From positions 1-64,000 of IMG/VR virus record IMGVR_UViG_2675903036_000001: 64,000 nt of DNA. One strand, written 5' to 3'. The position numbers were made by a program, and so were the translations under genes. Below the pieces are notes generated by a model, which saw only the letters and a program-made list of their open reading frames with translations, was not told the DNA's origin and searched no databases. Below are positions 37,735 through 48,051 of the stretch, piece after piece (within the stretch, counting starts at the first letter, position 1; each line of letters starts with the position of its first letter). The stretch is from a virus (taxonomy: Duplodnaviria; Caudoviricetes).

Positions 37735-39221
37735 AAAATCAGAAATTGCCTAGTAGAGCTATTGCTGGCGATGAAATCTTCTTCCATCACAAAGATGCGC
37801 CGTGCTGCGGAAAGGTATTGTCTGTCGGCAAGCATGGCGTGACGGTCGATCAGGAAGGGAAGCAGCATCGCGTCACGTGGGAGCGGGTGCTAGGACACAA
37901 GAAACGTATATCACCAAAACTAAAAATACTGCATGAAGGCGAGGACGGCATGATCGTAGAAGATGCTATGGGCAAGAAGCGCTTCGTGCATATTCCGTCA
38001 GATGCTAAAGAGGATCAATACATGGTTAAAGCATTGTCTGATAAACGGCTATTGTTGTTTACAAAGTCAGAGAAGATCGCTAATCGTGCAGGCCTTCACC
38101 TGGAAAACAGGACGGACCGTACAGGACGAAATCAAAAAAAATGGGTACGAAGTGGCCAGGATGAAACGAAAGGCGATAAACAAACCAAAACAAGTGAGTC
38201 TGAGCAAAATAGCAGCCATGGGCAGACAGAATTTGGCGCACACAATATTAAAGCTGGGCAAAAAGTGCAATTCAAGCTGGGCGAGCTTGCTGGTGAAGGC
38301 AAAGTTGTTGGCAATCCGGGTGCTGATGGTGCGCATGTTAAGGATTCAAGCGGCCATATTCATCAGGTGCGCTGGGATCAGGTAACAGGGAATAGTTCGC
38401 ATAATTCTGAGAGTGATAACAAAGGAGCTGGCGATGATCAGCAAGGCCAAAGCAAGCTATTTGATGACGAATTCGTTGCATCACTGCCTAGCATAGCAAA
38501 ACAGCCACATGATAACTGGGAAGACCTGGTTAAACATGGCAAGGAAGGTCTGGAGCAATTCAATGAGATGTTAGGCAAGGTCCAGCAGGTTATGGGATTG
38601 AAATCTGGACACAATCCAGATGATATTACTGATGAGCAATGGGGGAATGACGACGGCTATCTATTCATTGCGCCTCTGAAAGGTGAGAAACGGGCAAGAG
38701 AAAAAGTAGAGGGAGATTATGATGGTGATTGGTCGCAATTGCGCGATGTGGTTAGGGCGACAATTAGTGTGCCTACTATGGCGCAAGTCAAGCAGGCCGT
38801 GGGACATTTGCATGATGTGGGTATTGATCTGGCGCAAAAACCGAAGAACAGGTTTGAGAAGTCTACGCATGAAGGTTATCGCGATTTAATGGCTATTGTT
38901 AAGCTGCCTAATGGTATGGTTGCAGAACTGCAAATTCATGTCAAAGCAATGACACAGGCAAAAAATCACGGGCATCACCATTATGGAATCACCCGCTCCT
39001 TGCAGACTAAATATAATGAAATCGAGCCTTCTGATAAATGGAGTGATGAGGATCATTCTGAATACTATAAAGCGATCAAGGCTCAACGTAACATATATTC
39101 CGAAGCTTGGAGAAAGGCTAATGGAGAGACTAAGAATCAATTGACAAAGGCATTCCTAGGTAGCACAATAATATTGCTGTTTAGGAAGAAGGAGGTGCCA
39201 AATGAACATGATTTACATTGA
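37731..39221 (+). CDS. Multidomain protein with C-terminal RelA/SpoT-like synthetase
   Basis: PLKGEKRAREKV, LRDVVRATI, GYRDL and AELQIH. Confidence 0.75.
   Translation: MKNQKLPSRAIAGDEIFFHHKDAPCCGKVLSVGKHGVTVDQEGKQHRVTWERVLGHKKRISPKLKILHEGEDGMIVEDAMGKKRFVHIPSDAKEDQYMVKALSDKRLLLFTKSEKIANRAGLHLENRTDRTGRNQKKWVRSGQDETKGDKQTKTSESEQNSSHGQTEFGAHNIKAGQKVQFKLGELAGEGKVVGNPGADGAHVKDSSGHIHQVRWDQVTGNSSHNSESDNKGAGDDQQGQSKLFDDEFVASLPSIAKQPHDNWEDLVKHGKEGLEQFNEMLGKVQQVMGLKSGHNPDDITDEQWGNDDGYLFIAPLKGEKRAREKVEGDYDGDWSQLRDVVRATISVPTMAQVKQAVGHLHDVGIDLAQKPKNRFEKSTHEGYRDLMAIVKLPNGMVAELQIHVKAMTQAKNHGHHHYGITRSLQTKYNEIEPSDKWSDEDHSEYYKAIKAQRNIYSEAWRKANGETKNQLTKAFLGSTIILLFRKKEVPNEHDLH
39141..39169 (+). promoter_or_regulatory. 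Internal sigma70-like promoter for the 76-aa gene and the HD hydrolase
   Basis: TTGACA-17-CACAAT, followed by a GGAGG RBS before ATG 39202. Confidence 0.6.
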
Positions 39222-39432
39222 GAATGAAGGCGCTTTGTATCGCGGACCAGCTAGGGGAGTTCCTAGGGAAATCTGGAACGCAAAAGAAAAGAAATTCGTG
39301 CCTTACAAGGGCGCTGTCCCTAAGCCAATTGAGTGGGGGTACGAAATTGATGAGGCAGAAGCGCGGGAAATGATGGGTATCGAGGAAGAAGGGAATGGGA
39401 AAAATGATCCTGTTCTTCAAGTCGCACATTAG
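39202..39432 (+). CDS. Small protein, candidate immunity/antitoxin
   Basis: Strong RBS; overlaps both neighbours. Confidence 0.6.
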   Translation: MNMIYIENEGALYRGPARGVPREIWNAKEKKFVPYKGAVPKPIEWGYEIDEAEAREMMGIEEEGNGKNDPVLQVAH

Positions 39433-39976
39433 CGGCTACACCCGAGGTAATACCTACGTTCATGACCATTACCGTCGAGCTGCAAAATTTGCGGCTGCCA
39501 AGCATAAAGGCCAAACCCGCAAGGATGGCAAAACACCCTACATAACACACCCAGTCCAGGTGGCATCTATTCTGAGTAGAGAGGCCAAAGTAACCGATCC
39601 GGTTATCCTGTTAAGCGCATTACTACATGACACACTGGAAGATACCGACACCAGCTACGAGGAATTGGAAGCAGAGTTCGGCAACGAGGTTGCCAATCTG
39701 GTGCTGGAAGTGACCAATAATCCAAACCTATCCAAGCTGGATAGCAAAACAGAGCAAATTGCCAAGCCGTGGTCTCCAAAAGCTATCAGACTCAAGATGG
39801 CCGACAAGACAGCTAACCTGCGAGATCTGGTTAATGCTCCGCCAGTTGGAATGTCAAAAGACAAAAAGATTGAATACGCCAATCATGCCAGAAAGGTGAT
39901 TGAAGGCATGAGAGAGCATCCAGAAGCGTTAAAACGATTATTCGATCTAGCCTACCAAATAGTTCTCAGTCACTAA
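39395..39976 (+). CDS. HD-domain small alarmone hydrolase (Mesh1/SAH-like)
   Basis: AAKHKGQTRK...PYITHP, ALLHDTLEDT and KMADKTANLRD. Confidence 0.9.
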   Translation: MGKMILFFKSHISGYTRGNTYVHDHYRRAAKFAAAKHKGQTRKDGKTPYITHPVQVASILSREAKVTDPVILLSALLHDTLEDTDTSYEELEAEFGNEVANLVLEVTNNPNLSKLDSKTEQIAKPWSPKAIRLKMADKTANLRDLVNAPPVGMSKDKKIEYANHARKVIEGMREHPEALKRLFDLAYQIVLSH

Positions 39977-40240
39977 ACTGCTTCATTCCATAGCGGTATG
40001 GTGTCGTAACGTACCATAATTATCTTCGACAACCTGGGCAAAACTTTTTGCTGCTAAGTATTGTCTTATTAATTACTCCGAGCGTGTGTGTGGGGTGCTT
40101 CAAAAAACATCACGCAGCTGGTGAGCAGATCTCCTTTTGCAGAGTTACCCATCCTCTGTTTCTTGCGTGAGCCAGTCGATTCCGTGCGTTAGTCGGCGAT
40201 TCTATTTTTGCAAGCTGAGAAACCGGCTGCAACTATTGTA

Positions 40241-40257
40241 TGTCGTGACCTGACAAT
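40241..40257 (+). promoter_or_regulatory. Putative late promoter, leaderless, muF gene
   Basis: TGTCGTGA-CCT-GACAAT-7 nt-ATG (40265). Confidence 0.7.
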
Positions 40258-40264
40258 ATGTGTC

Positions 40265-41425
40265 ATGACAACGCTTCTAATCGATATAGGCCCATTGAGC
40301 GAACATCAATCAGATGAAGCGCTAGAGGCAATCTACAAATCAGTCCACGATCATGGCGGTGATGATTCTATCTGGAATACGCATGAATCCCCATATATCA
40401 GACGATTAATCGAGTTATTTACCGAACGAGGATTAACTCGTCTCGAAAAGGTAAGGACAGAGTTAACTGCGTGGGCTAAAGGTGAAAAACACCGTAAAGA
40501 TAGTCCTGTTCCAAGGCCGGAGGGCATGATACGCCGGTGGGACAAAGGCGAGCTTGCATTGGTCAAGCTCTATCTTGAAGCCTTGCCACCGGAGCAATTC
40601 ACCCTGGATGATTGGGGAATGGTCGTTGATTTTTTGGTGCAGCGTTATCTGCCGGAAGATGAATTGCGTACCGAAGCAGAATGGCTGGCAACGCGATCAG
40701 GATTAATGGGCAAGGTGCAAGCAAACATGCAAAAGTCACCAAACTTGAAGCAGGCAGACAGGTTGCTGGCAGCTATGCCCAATACCGTCAAGGGTGCGTC
40801 CAAGCAATTCAAACTATCATCCGTGCAACATGCGGTACTGGACTTTGGGCGTGCGCGTGCAGCCGAAGCAGTGACAAGGCTATCTGACAACGTGCGTCAC
40901 AAAATGCGTGATGTGATCATGCAGCATGAAGAACAGAAGATGCTCAATGGTGGAGCAGCTACGCCGGGGTCAGCCCTAAAAACGCGATTGTTAGATGAAT
41001 TTGCCGTATTGAACAGAGATTGGCGGCGTATTGCGTTGACAGAAGCAGGGGAAACCGCCAATCAAGGTTTTATTTCCAGTATGAAGCCTGGCAGCAAATT
41101 GAGGCGCGTTGAACAATACGCGAATGCCTGTTCTTTCTGCAGGAAGATTGATGGCGCCATTGTAGAGGTTGTGGAGCCTTCGAAGCCATTAAAGAATCCC
41201 GATACGATGGTTTGGCTTGGAAAAACCAATGTGGGGCGTTCATTGTCACCACACAAGCGCGTGGGAGGTGAATTAATCGAGCGCTTGCCGGAAGAACGCT
41301 GGTGGATTGCGGCAGGTGTACAGCATCCGCACTGCCGTGGACAGTGGATAAAATTACCTGAATCAAGACCAGAAGACGATCCTGATTTTGCTGAATGGCT
41401 AAGAAGAACGTTGGAGCAGATATGA
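40265..41425 (+). CDS. MuF-like minor head protein
   Basis: RDWRRIALTE, ACSFC and QHPHCRG. Confidence 0.75.
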   Translation: MTTLLIDIGPLSEHQSDEALEAIYKSVHDHGGDDSIWNTHESPYIRRLIELFTERGLTRLEKVRTELTAWAKGEKHRKDSPVPRPEGMIRRWDKGELALVKLYLEALPPEQFTLDDWGMVVDFLVQRYLPEDELRTEAEWLATRSGLMGKVQANMQKSPNLKQADRLLAAMPNTVKGASKQFKLSSVQHAVLDFGRARAAEAVTRLSDNVRHKMRDVIMQHEEQKMLNGGAATPGSALKTRLLDEFAVLNRDWRRIALTEAGETANQGFISSMKPGSKLRRVEQYANACSFCRKIDGAIVEVVEPSKPLKNPDTMVWLGKTNVGRSLSPHKRVGGELIERLPEERWWIAAGVQHPHCRGQWIKLPESRPEDDPDFAEWLRRTLEQI

Positions 41426-42000
41426 TACTTTTCTTGAAAGCTCACCCTATTAATCAGGCCATTTCACGTAGCACGTCAGCAAGCAAATTGAATGATAATG
41501 GAATCCGTCGCAATCCTGGCGAACCATCACCAGAGGCTGCTAAGGAAGGAAACTATAAAAAGCCGGTGATGAAGTGGCGTGGTCTGACCATTCGTATCGA
41601 GAATCCTGCCGGTTCCGTGCGTCGAGGGAATGGGTGGGAAACCAGAATGAAATATGACTATGGTTATATATCCGGTTCAAACGGGGTCGATGGCGACGAA
41701 GTAGATGTGTATATTGGCCCAAATCTCGATGTCACTGAAATGGTTTACGTTGTGCATCAGCGTAAATATGGGGACTGGAACAAGTACGACGAAGATAAAT
41801 GCTTGATCGGATTTATGAGTGAGGATGAAGCCAAGGCAGCTTACCTTGCGCATTACGATGATCCACGCTTTCTAGGGCCGATAACAGCATTGCCGGTTGA
41901 GGAATTTATCGAAAAGGTCAAAGCGACAAGAGAACAGTCTGGAATGATCAAATCGATGATTCTATTCTTCAAAGCCAACGTCAATCGGTGCTCGATTTAA
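41422..42000 (+). CDS. Inorganic pyrophosphatase-like domain protein
   Basis: IENPAGSVR, DYGYI..S.GVDGDEVDVYIGP and YDEDKCLIGF. Confidence 0.8.
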   Translation: MILFLKAHPINQAISRSTSASKLNDNGIRRNPGEPSPEAAKEGNYKKPVMKWRGLTIRIENPAGSVRRGNGWETRMKYDYGYISGSNGVDGDEVDVYIGPNLDVTEMVYVVHQRKYGDWNKYDEDKCLIGFMSEDEAKAAYLAHYDDPRFLGPITALPVEEFIEKVKATREQSGMIKSMILFFKANVNRCSI

Positions 42001-42057
42001 TGCTGCGATGATGAATATCTAAGCATTACATTCTTAAAACAAGATTCATAAAAAAAG

Positions 42058-42074
42058 CATCGTGACACGACAAT
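42058..42074 (+). promoter_or_regulatory. Putative late promoter, DarB-like gene
   Basis: CATCGTGA-CAC-GACAAT. Confidence 0.6.
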
Positions 42075-42108
42075 AGGCTCAATAACCTTTTGTCGAAGTC
42101 GCGAGCCT

Positions 42109-45100
42109 ATGTTGATTCTTTTCCTGAAAGCAGAACAGCAATCACTGCTGTTTGACGCTCCTGTATTAGTGCAGGGGTCAGTCCGTAAAGACGGAAGTGT
42201 AGTAAAACCGCACGTGCGGATTCAAAAAAAGAAACTGCCTGATTCTGGCGGTACACAGGGGAATTTATTTGGTGATAATTCCACTGAACAATCGAAAAAA
42301 CCCTCAAAGTTAGACGCATTCATTGCCAAGCAAGGCGGAATGCAGTCTCTTGCGTCCAAGCTATCAATGCTGACTGAAGGTCAGCAGCAGACCATCTTTG
42401 AAAAGATGGCGGCGCTGGATGGAAAGAACGTCAAAGAAGTAGCTGCGATGTTTGACGGCTTTTCTGTCAGTGAGATCGAACAGAAGCAGCCGGATTTGTT
42501 CACATTGCAACATGAAGCGGTAAAGGAAGCAAACAAAGAAGAGTTTGCGGAAGAGGACAAAGCTCCACAGATTATCAATCATCTTGACCCACTTGAATTT
42601 GGCGTTAAAGCCGGTATCACCAAGTCAGAACGGCGCAAACTCAATGCACAGGCCGTAGCTATCGTCACAGACAAAACTTCATCGGATATCACTGAAGACG
42701 ACCGTGCGATCCTGCGTCAGTATTCCGGCAATGGTGGCTGTGGTGATTCGCTCAATGAATTCTATACCGATCCGGCAGTTGCGCTTGCCATGTGGAAAGT
42801 CGCGGAAAAGCTGGGTATTACTCACGGTACAGCCTTGGAGCCTTCATGTGGATCGGGCGTATTCCTGCACACTGCGCCTGCTGGATTCAAGGTTACTGGC
42901 GTTGAATTGGAAAGCATCTCTGCCAAGATGGCCGAAGCATTACATGGTGAACGGCATGAAATCGTGAATGCTTCGCTGGAGCGATTTGCTACTCAGGATA
43001 CGCGACGATTTGATATCGTAATCGGCAATCCCCCCTATGGGCCGCGCGGCATGCTTGCCAGGGATGACAAGAAAGAGCTGTCCAAAGCGGAAGAGTATTT
43101 CATTGATACCAGTCTGGACAAGACCCGTGCAGATGGACTATGCATGCTGGTAGTGCCAAGCGGCATTATGGGTAGCAAGAATGGCCGCAAATTCAGGGAG
43201 CGCATGCTGAGAAAAGCGGAGTTCCTGGGCGCTCAGCGATTGCCTAACAGTGCATTCGAGGCAAGTCATACCGATGTGACGACCGACATTATTTACCTTC
43301 GCAAAAGGCCGGATGATATAGCAGGCGCATTATGCGTTGTGGATAAGAAAGCTCTGCAAGCGCTTGGTGTGTGGGATGATGAATTTCTGGCAGGAAAATA
43401 CTTCGAAGGACGAGGGAAAGCCAGCGTGTTTGGCGAGGTGGGCACTGCCAAGCGTGCGTTCGGTGAAATTTATACCGTAAATGGGACAATGCGCGGCGTG
43501 CCATTTTTGATCGAGGAATTCAATCCTCATTCACAAACGGTTACGCCGTCGATTAATGACATTCTGTCGGTATTACCGGATCAAGCGGCCAAGGATAAAG
43601 CGCTCAATGCAGCTGAAAAGCAACCATATCAGAATGGCGCCAAGGTAGGTGATATCAAGGTTGAGGATGGCGTGACCTATGTGCTGCAGGGTAATCCACC
43701 ACGTTGGCATCGGGTGGATGATGCGATGCAATCCGAAGCTGTTACCCAAGCGCAAGCATTGGCATCTGAAATTGATCGTCTTATGGACGGCGAGGTGGCA
43801 GACCGGGCTGCGCTCGAGCAATCCCTCCGTGACTGGGTGGCGCGGCACGGCATACCGGCCAAGCATCCAGAGCTGTTAATCGCAGCAGCCCAGGATAAAA
43901 CGCTTTATCGGTTAATCGGTGCGGTAGGCAAGGACGGCAGATTGTCCGATGCGGTGATGGGCAGAGCCGCGCGCAGAATAGAGGGTGGATTCGATGCAGT
44001 AGCACAATCATTGGCGTTGACGCATGAGTCTGGTGATTTCTCGGTTGCTGAATTAGCCGAAGCGCTAGACAGAGATCAGGACGATATCCTGGATCAGCTG
44101 ACTGCGGATCATCGTTATGCATATGTCGATGGCGATAGATGGTCTACTATGGATACTTACCTGACAGGTCATCTATGGTCTAAACTTGATCAAGTCAAGA
44201 GCCAGCTTGCCAGCAATGAATTAGTCATGGTTATGCGTTCAAAGCTGGAAAATCAGCAAAAGAGACTTGAAGAAACCATCGATCCAAAATCACTGGAAGA
44301 TGTGGAAATTCAGTTAAACAGCGCATTCATTCCCCTAAGCATTCTGGAAGCATGGATTGACGATAAGGCTGACAGATTACGCGAGTCCAACCCCGGTTCA
44401 GGCTGGTATCAAAACCTTAAGCAAGCTTCCATCACTTTTGAGAATGGCATTTACACCATAGGCAAAGGTACGGCGATCAATGAATCCTTGCTCGATAAAT
44501 ACTTGAATCGAACGGGCGTCAGAAAGGACGATTTGCCGACAATTGATGAATGGAACGAAGCATTCAAAAATTGGCTATGCGCATCAGAGTATCGAGACGC
44601 AGTAGAGGATTTATATAACCGTAAATTCCGTGGCTTCGTGCATCGAGAATTCACCGATGAACCGATTGATGTGCCTGGATTGGCCAATCAAGACCAACTA
44701 AAACGTTACCAATGGCCGGGGCTGAAATGGGCGTTATCGGTCGGTAAAGGGATTATTGCGGATGATGTTGGATTAGGGAAGACCGTAAAGGGCCTGTTGC
44801 TCGCACGATTGGCCAAGCTTACCGGCAAGGCGCATAAGCCGATGATCATGGTTCCTAAGTCAGTATTAGCTAACTGGTACGTGGAGTCTCAAAAATGGTT
44901 CCCCGGTTCCAAGGTGCTTACCATAGGCGGTGATTTCTCCTATAACGACAAAGGTGAATTAGTCGGGCGTGACGATAATAAGAACGAGCGTGAACGCAAA
45001 TATCATGATCTGACGCAAAACGATTATGATTTCGTAATCATATCTGAGCCGGTCTTTCAGGAAATAGACCTTGATCCGGTGACGAAGAAAGAAATGTATG

Positions 45101-48051
45101 ACACTGATTTCTGGGTGCAGCGTGGTGATTCGCTTGGCAATGCAGGGGATAAGCGCGTCAAGAAAATTCGAGAAGCCTACGAGCAGTCTATTGCAAAACG
45201 TGAATTCGAAGACAGAACGGGCGTGATCTACTTTAATGATCTTGGTGTGGACATGATCATTGCAGATGAAGCGCATCACACAAAAAACCTCTATGCCGCA
45301 AAATCGCGTTTTGGCGACAATCCCAAGTTCCTGGGTGGACAAGGACTATCAAACCGTGCGTTGGATTTCAATCTGAAAGCACGTTGGTTATTGGGACAAA
45401 ACGGCGGTAAAGGCGTATATGGATTGACGGCCACACCGACCAAAAATAGCCCCCTGGAAATCTATTCGATGTTGTCGCATATCGCACCAGAAGCGTTTGA
45501 AAGCATCGGTATCCGTAACAGCGAGGAATTTCTTGATCGATTCTGCAAGTTCGAGCGTGATAACGTGCTGGGAACCAACGGCGAGATTGATGAAGCGCTG
45601 GTGGTGGCGGGTTTCAAAAACATGGAAGAACTGCGCACGCTCATGAGCCAATATGTCAGGAGGACAACCGCAGAGGATGTCGGATTGATATTGCCGAAAC
45701 GCGACGACCGCATGCATCTGATCGACATGACGCCTGAACAACAGGCGGTTTATGTGGAATTGCGCGACATGGCTGCCGAAGCTGCTAAAAAGGATGCTAC
45801 CGGTGATGCGCATATCTTCAGTGTCATGGACAAAATGAACAAAGCGGCGCTTGACCTGGAAATATACGATCCGGTTACCTATCAAGGTACCAGCAGTCCA
45901 AAATACGAGGCATTGTCCAAGCACGTGGCGGAGGGCGTCAAGGATGGCGGGCAGGTGATTTTTGCCGATTACGTGGATGCGCACGACAAGATTGTGAAAG
46001 CGCTCGTAAAGGCAGGCATACCCAAAAACCAGATTGGCATTATCAATGCACAGGTGGCATCCAGCGCGGTGAAACGGCAAAACATCGCCGATCAGTTCAA
46101 TGCAGGCAAATTGAAGGTGGTAATCGGCAATACTGCAACCATGGGTGAGGGAATCAATTTGCAGAAAGGCACTACTGATATTCATCACATGGATCTGCCG
46201 TGGGAACCGGCCAGCATTCAACAGCGCAACGGTCGCGGATTGCGGCAAGGCAATATTAAAGAAGCGGTGAGGATACACACCTATCTGTCGAAAGGATCAT
46301 TCGATGGTTATCGTTATCAGTCAATCGGCGCAAAAAAAGACTGGCAAGACCTGTTGTGGAAAGGCGGGGATACTATTGAAAATCTGTCCCGGGAGGGCAA
46401 CATCAGCCGTGATGAAATGCTGATCATGCTGTCCGCCGATCCGGACGCGGCGCGCGCTAGATTCGATTCTGACAAGAAAGCGGCTCTAGAGCGGCATGAA
46501 GCAGGAGAGCGCGCAAAAGCTTCTGAAGAATTCGTGCGCTTCCAGTCACTGAGAGCAAGCTACCAGTCGCTCAAGGACAAGAACACCACAAGCGCGGCTT
46601 TGTTGCAATCCAAGCTGGAGAAAGCTAAAACCGCTCTGAGAGGCAATCGCTTCTTTACGGGTAAGTCATTGATCGATTCCGCTACCGATGCGCTCATGGA
46701 GCCCAAGACCGGCCTGGTATTGCATGCCAATGTGGCGTTTCATGCAGTAGATGAAAAAGGTGAGAACGAGGGTAAATTTGTGGTGACCGGCGTCAATCTG
46801 AAGGAAAAAACGGTGACGGTGAGACCGTATGCGGATATCAATGGTCGCAAGAAGGCTGTCAAATTGTCAGATCTGAATCATGGTATTAAGCCTTTTGCAT
46901 TCAATGAGGATAGCGAAGCTAAAGAGCTGGCTGCGAAGATGGAATCCGATGCAGCGAATAAAGCCAACAATATTACGGATTACAAACAGTTATCGGAGTT
47001 GCCATCAAGGGTTCTGCGTGAATCGCATGACGCCATACAGCAACAGCTTAAGGAAGGGGCAAGATCATACAAGATTTCGTTCCACGCTGGTAAAGTGCCG
47101 ATGGTTCATCGTGAGAGTGGAGGGATTGATTTGGTTAATAACTACTCAATCCGTGACAAGCTGGATAGTCATGATTTCCTGCTGCCGACCGATGACGCCA
47201 GGAAGAAACTGGCAGACGCCTGGCTGGATGAAGAGCGCAATGTCAGGTTTGGAACTACTTTTGTTAAAACAGGGAGAAGAGGTTCATCATCCTCTCAGAC
47301 GCATGCTGTCAGGGAGTATCAGAATGCGGATTACAGCAGCAAACAACATAACCCTTGGTCTGAGCATGTAGCATCCGCGAATGGCGAGAAACATTCGTAT
47401 TACGAGGATGAATATGGCGCCAGTACGCCATCCATCAAGGCATTACGCGAGAGGCTGAAAAAAGAACAGATTGATCGCGCTAAGAAAGCCACTACATTAA
47501 CGGATACAATCAATATCCTTGCGCCATTGGGCGCAGTGCAAGACAAGGTGAAGGGATATGGCGCAAAAGTTAAGCTGCCCAGAAAAGCATTAGCGATCCT
47601 GTGGGCCAAGGCGAGGCATTTGGGCGTGCTGGGCGAGAAATTGGACGATCATCTGCCAGGGGAAGAAAAGAATTACGGGAAGTATGAAAAACATTCCAGT
47701 TATTTCCATGGATCAAGAAAAGATAAAACGGTGCATGCTGCATTGATTGGCATGGCGAAAGATGCCGGATATGACGACCTCGCTGCGGCAATGATTGAGT
47801 CTGGTCTGCGTCACCATAAGAAATCTGATCACAAAGAGGTGTTGAGCGAGTTGCACCAAGACTACGGTCACAGCGATCAAGTGCTTAAAATGATGCTTAA
47901 ATTAGCGGAAGCATCGGGCATTGCTGACATGAAAGCGGTTAATGCGGAAACAGGCATTCAGAATGCTGGCATACTGCGGCCTAGACAATGGGGTGGCGAT
48001 GAGCATAAAACGATACGAGAAATAATACAGGAGCGTATGAAGAATGGTTGA
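42109..48051 (+). CDS. DarB-like N6-adenine methyltransferase / SNF2 helicase fusion (1980 aa)
   Basis: EFYT, LEPSCGSG, GNPPY; DVGLGKT, DEAH, TATP, GEGINLQ and QRNGRGLRQGN. Confidence 0.88.
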   Translation: MLILFLKAEQQSLLFDAPVLVQGSVRKDGSVVKPHVRIQKKKLPDSGGTQGNLFGDNSTEQSKKPSKLDAFIAKQGGMQSLASKLSMLTEGQQQTIFEKMAALDGKNVKEVAAMFDGFSVSEIEQKQPDLFTLQHEAVKEANKEEFAEEDKAPQIINHLDPLEFGVKAGITKSERRKLNAQAVAIVTDKTSSDITEDDRAILRQYSGNGGCGDSLNEFYTDPAVALAMWKVAEKLGITHGTALEPSCGSGVFLHTAPAGFKVTGVELESISAKMAEALHGERHEIVNASLERFATQDTRRFDIVIGNPPYGPRGMLARDDKKELSKAEEYFIDTSLDKTRADGLCMLVVPSGIMGSKNGRKFRERMLRKAEFLGAQRLPNSAFEASHTDVTTDIIYLRKRPDDIAGALCVVDKKALQALGVWDDEFLAGKYFEGRGKASVFGEVGTAKRAFGEIYTVNGTMRGVPFLIEEFNPHSQTVTPSINDILSVLPDQAAKDKALNAAEKQPYQNGAKVGDIKVEDGVTYVLQGNPPRWHRVDDAMQSEAVTQAQALASEIDRLMDGEVADRAALEQSLRDWVARHGIPAKHPELLIAAAQDKTLYRLIGAVGKDGRLSDAVMGRAARRIEGGFDAVAQSLALTHESGDFSVAELAEALDRDQDDILDQLTADHRYAYVDGDRWSTMDTYLTGHLWSKLDQVKSQLASNELVMVMRSKLENQQKRLEETIDPKSLEDVEIQLNSAFIPLSILEAWIDDKADRLRESNPGSGWYQNLKQASITFENGIYTIGKGTAINESLLDKYLNRTGVRKDDLPTIDEWNEAFKNWLCASEYRDAVEDLYNRKFRGFVHREFTDEPIDVPGLANQDQLKRYQWPGLKWALSVGKGIIADDVGLGKTVKGLLLARLAKLTGKAHKPMIMVPKSVLANWYVESQKWFPGSKVLTIGGDFSYNDKGELVGRDDNKNERERKYHDLTQNDYDFVIISEPVFQEIDLDPVTKKEMYDTDFWVQRGDSLGNAGDKRVKKIREAYEQSIAKREFEDRTGVIYFNDLGVDMIIADEAHHTKNLYAAKSRFGDNPKFLGGQGLSNRALDFNLKARWLLGQNGGKGVYGLTATPTKNSPLEIYSMLSHIAPEAFESIGIRNSEEFLDRFCKFERDNVLGTNGEIDEALVVAGFKNMEELRTLMSQYVRRTTAEDVGLILPKRDDRMHLIDMTPEQQAVYVELRDMAAEAAKKDATGDAHIFSVMDKMNKAALDLEIYDPVTYQGTSSPKYEALSKHVAEGVKDGGQVIFADYVDAHDKIVKALVKAGIPKNQIGIINAQVASSAVKRQNIADQFNAGKLKVVIGNTATMGEGINLQKGTTDIHHMDLPWEPASIQQRNGRGLRQGNIKEAVRIHTYLSKGSFDGYRYQSIGAKKDWQDLLWKGGDTIENLSREGNISRDEMLIMLSADPDAARARFDSDKKAALERHEAGERAKASEEFVRFQSLRASYQSLKDKNTTSAALLQSKLEKAKTALRGNRFFTGKSLIDSATDALMEPKTGLVLHANVAFHAVDEKGENEGKFVVTGVNLKEKTVTVRPYADINGRKKAVKLSDLNHGIKPFAFNEDSEAKELAAKMESDAANKANNITDYKQLSELPSRVLRESHDAIQQQLKEGARSYKISFHAGKVPMVHRESGGIDLVNNYSIRDKLDSHDFLLPTDDARKKLADAWLDEERNVRFGTTFVKTGRRGSSSSQTHAVREYQNADYSSKQHNPWSEHVASANGEKHSYYEDEYGASTPSIKALRERLKKEQIDRAKKATTLTDTINILAPLGAVQDKVKGYGAKVKLPRKALAILWAKARHLGVLGEKLDDHLPGEEKNYGKYEKHSSYFHGSRKDKTVHAALIGMAKDAGYDDLAAAMIESGLRHHKKSDHKEVLSELHQDYGHSDQVLKMMLKLAEASGIADMKAVNAETGIQNAGILRPRQWGGDEHKTIREIIQERMKNG

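Noticed and set aside
45388-46278. 296-aa antisense ORF and other shadow ORFs inside the large genes
   Set aside because: No motifs or RBS; explained by codon bias on the coding strand, unlike the same-strand MTase beta frame.
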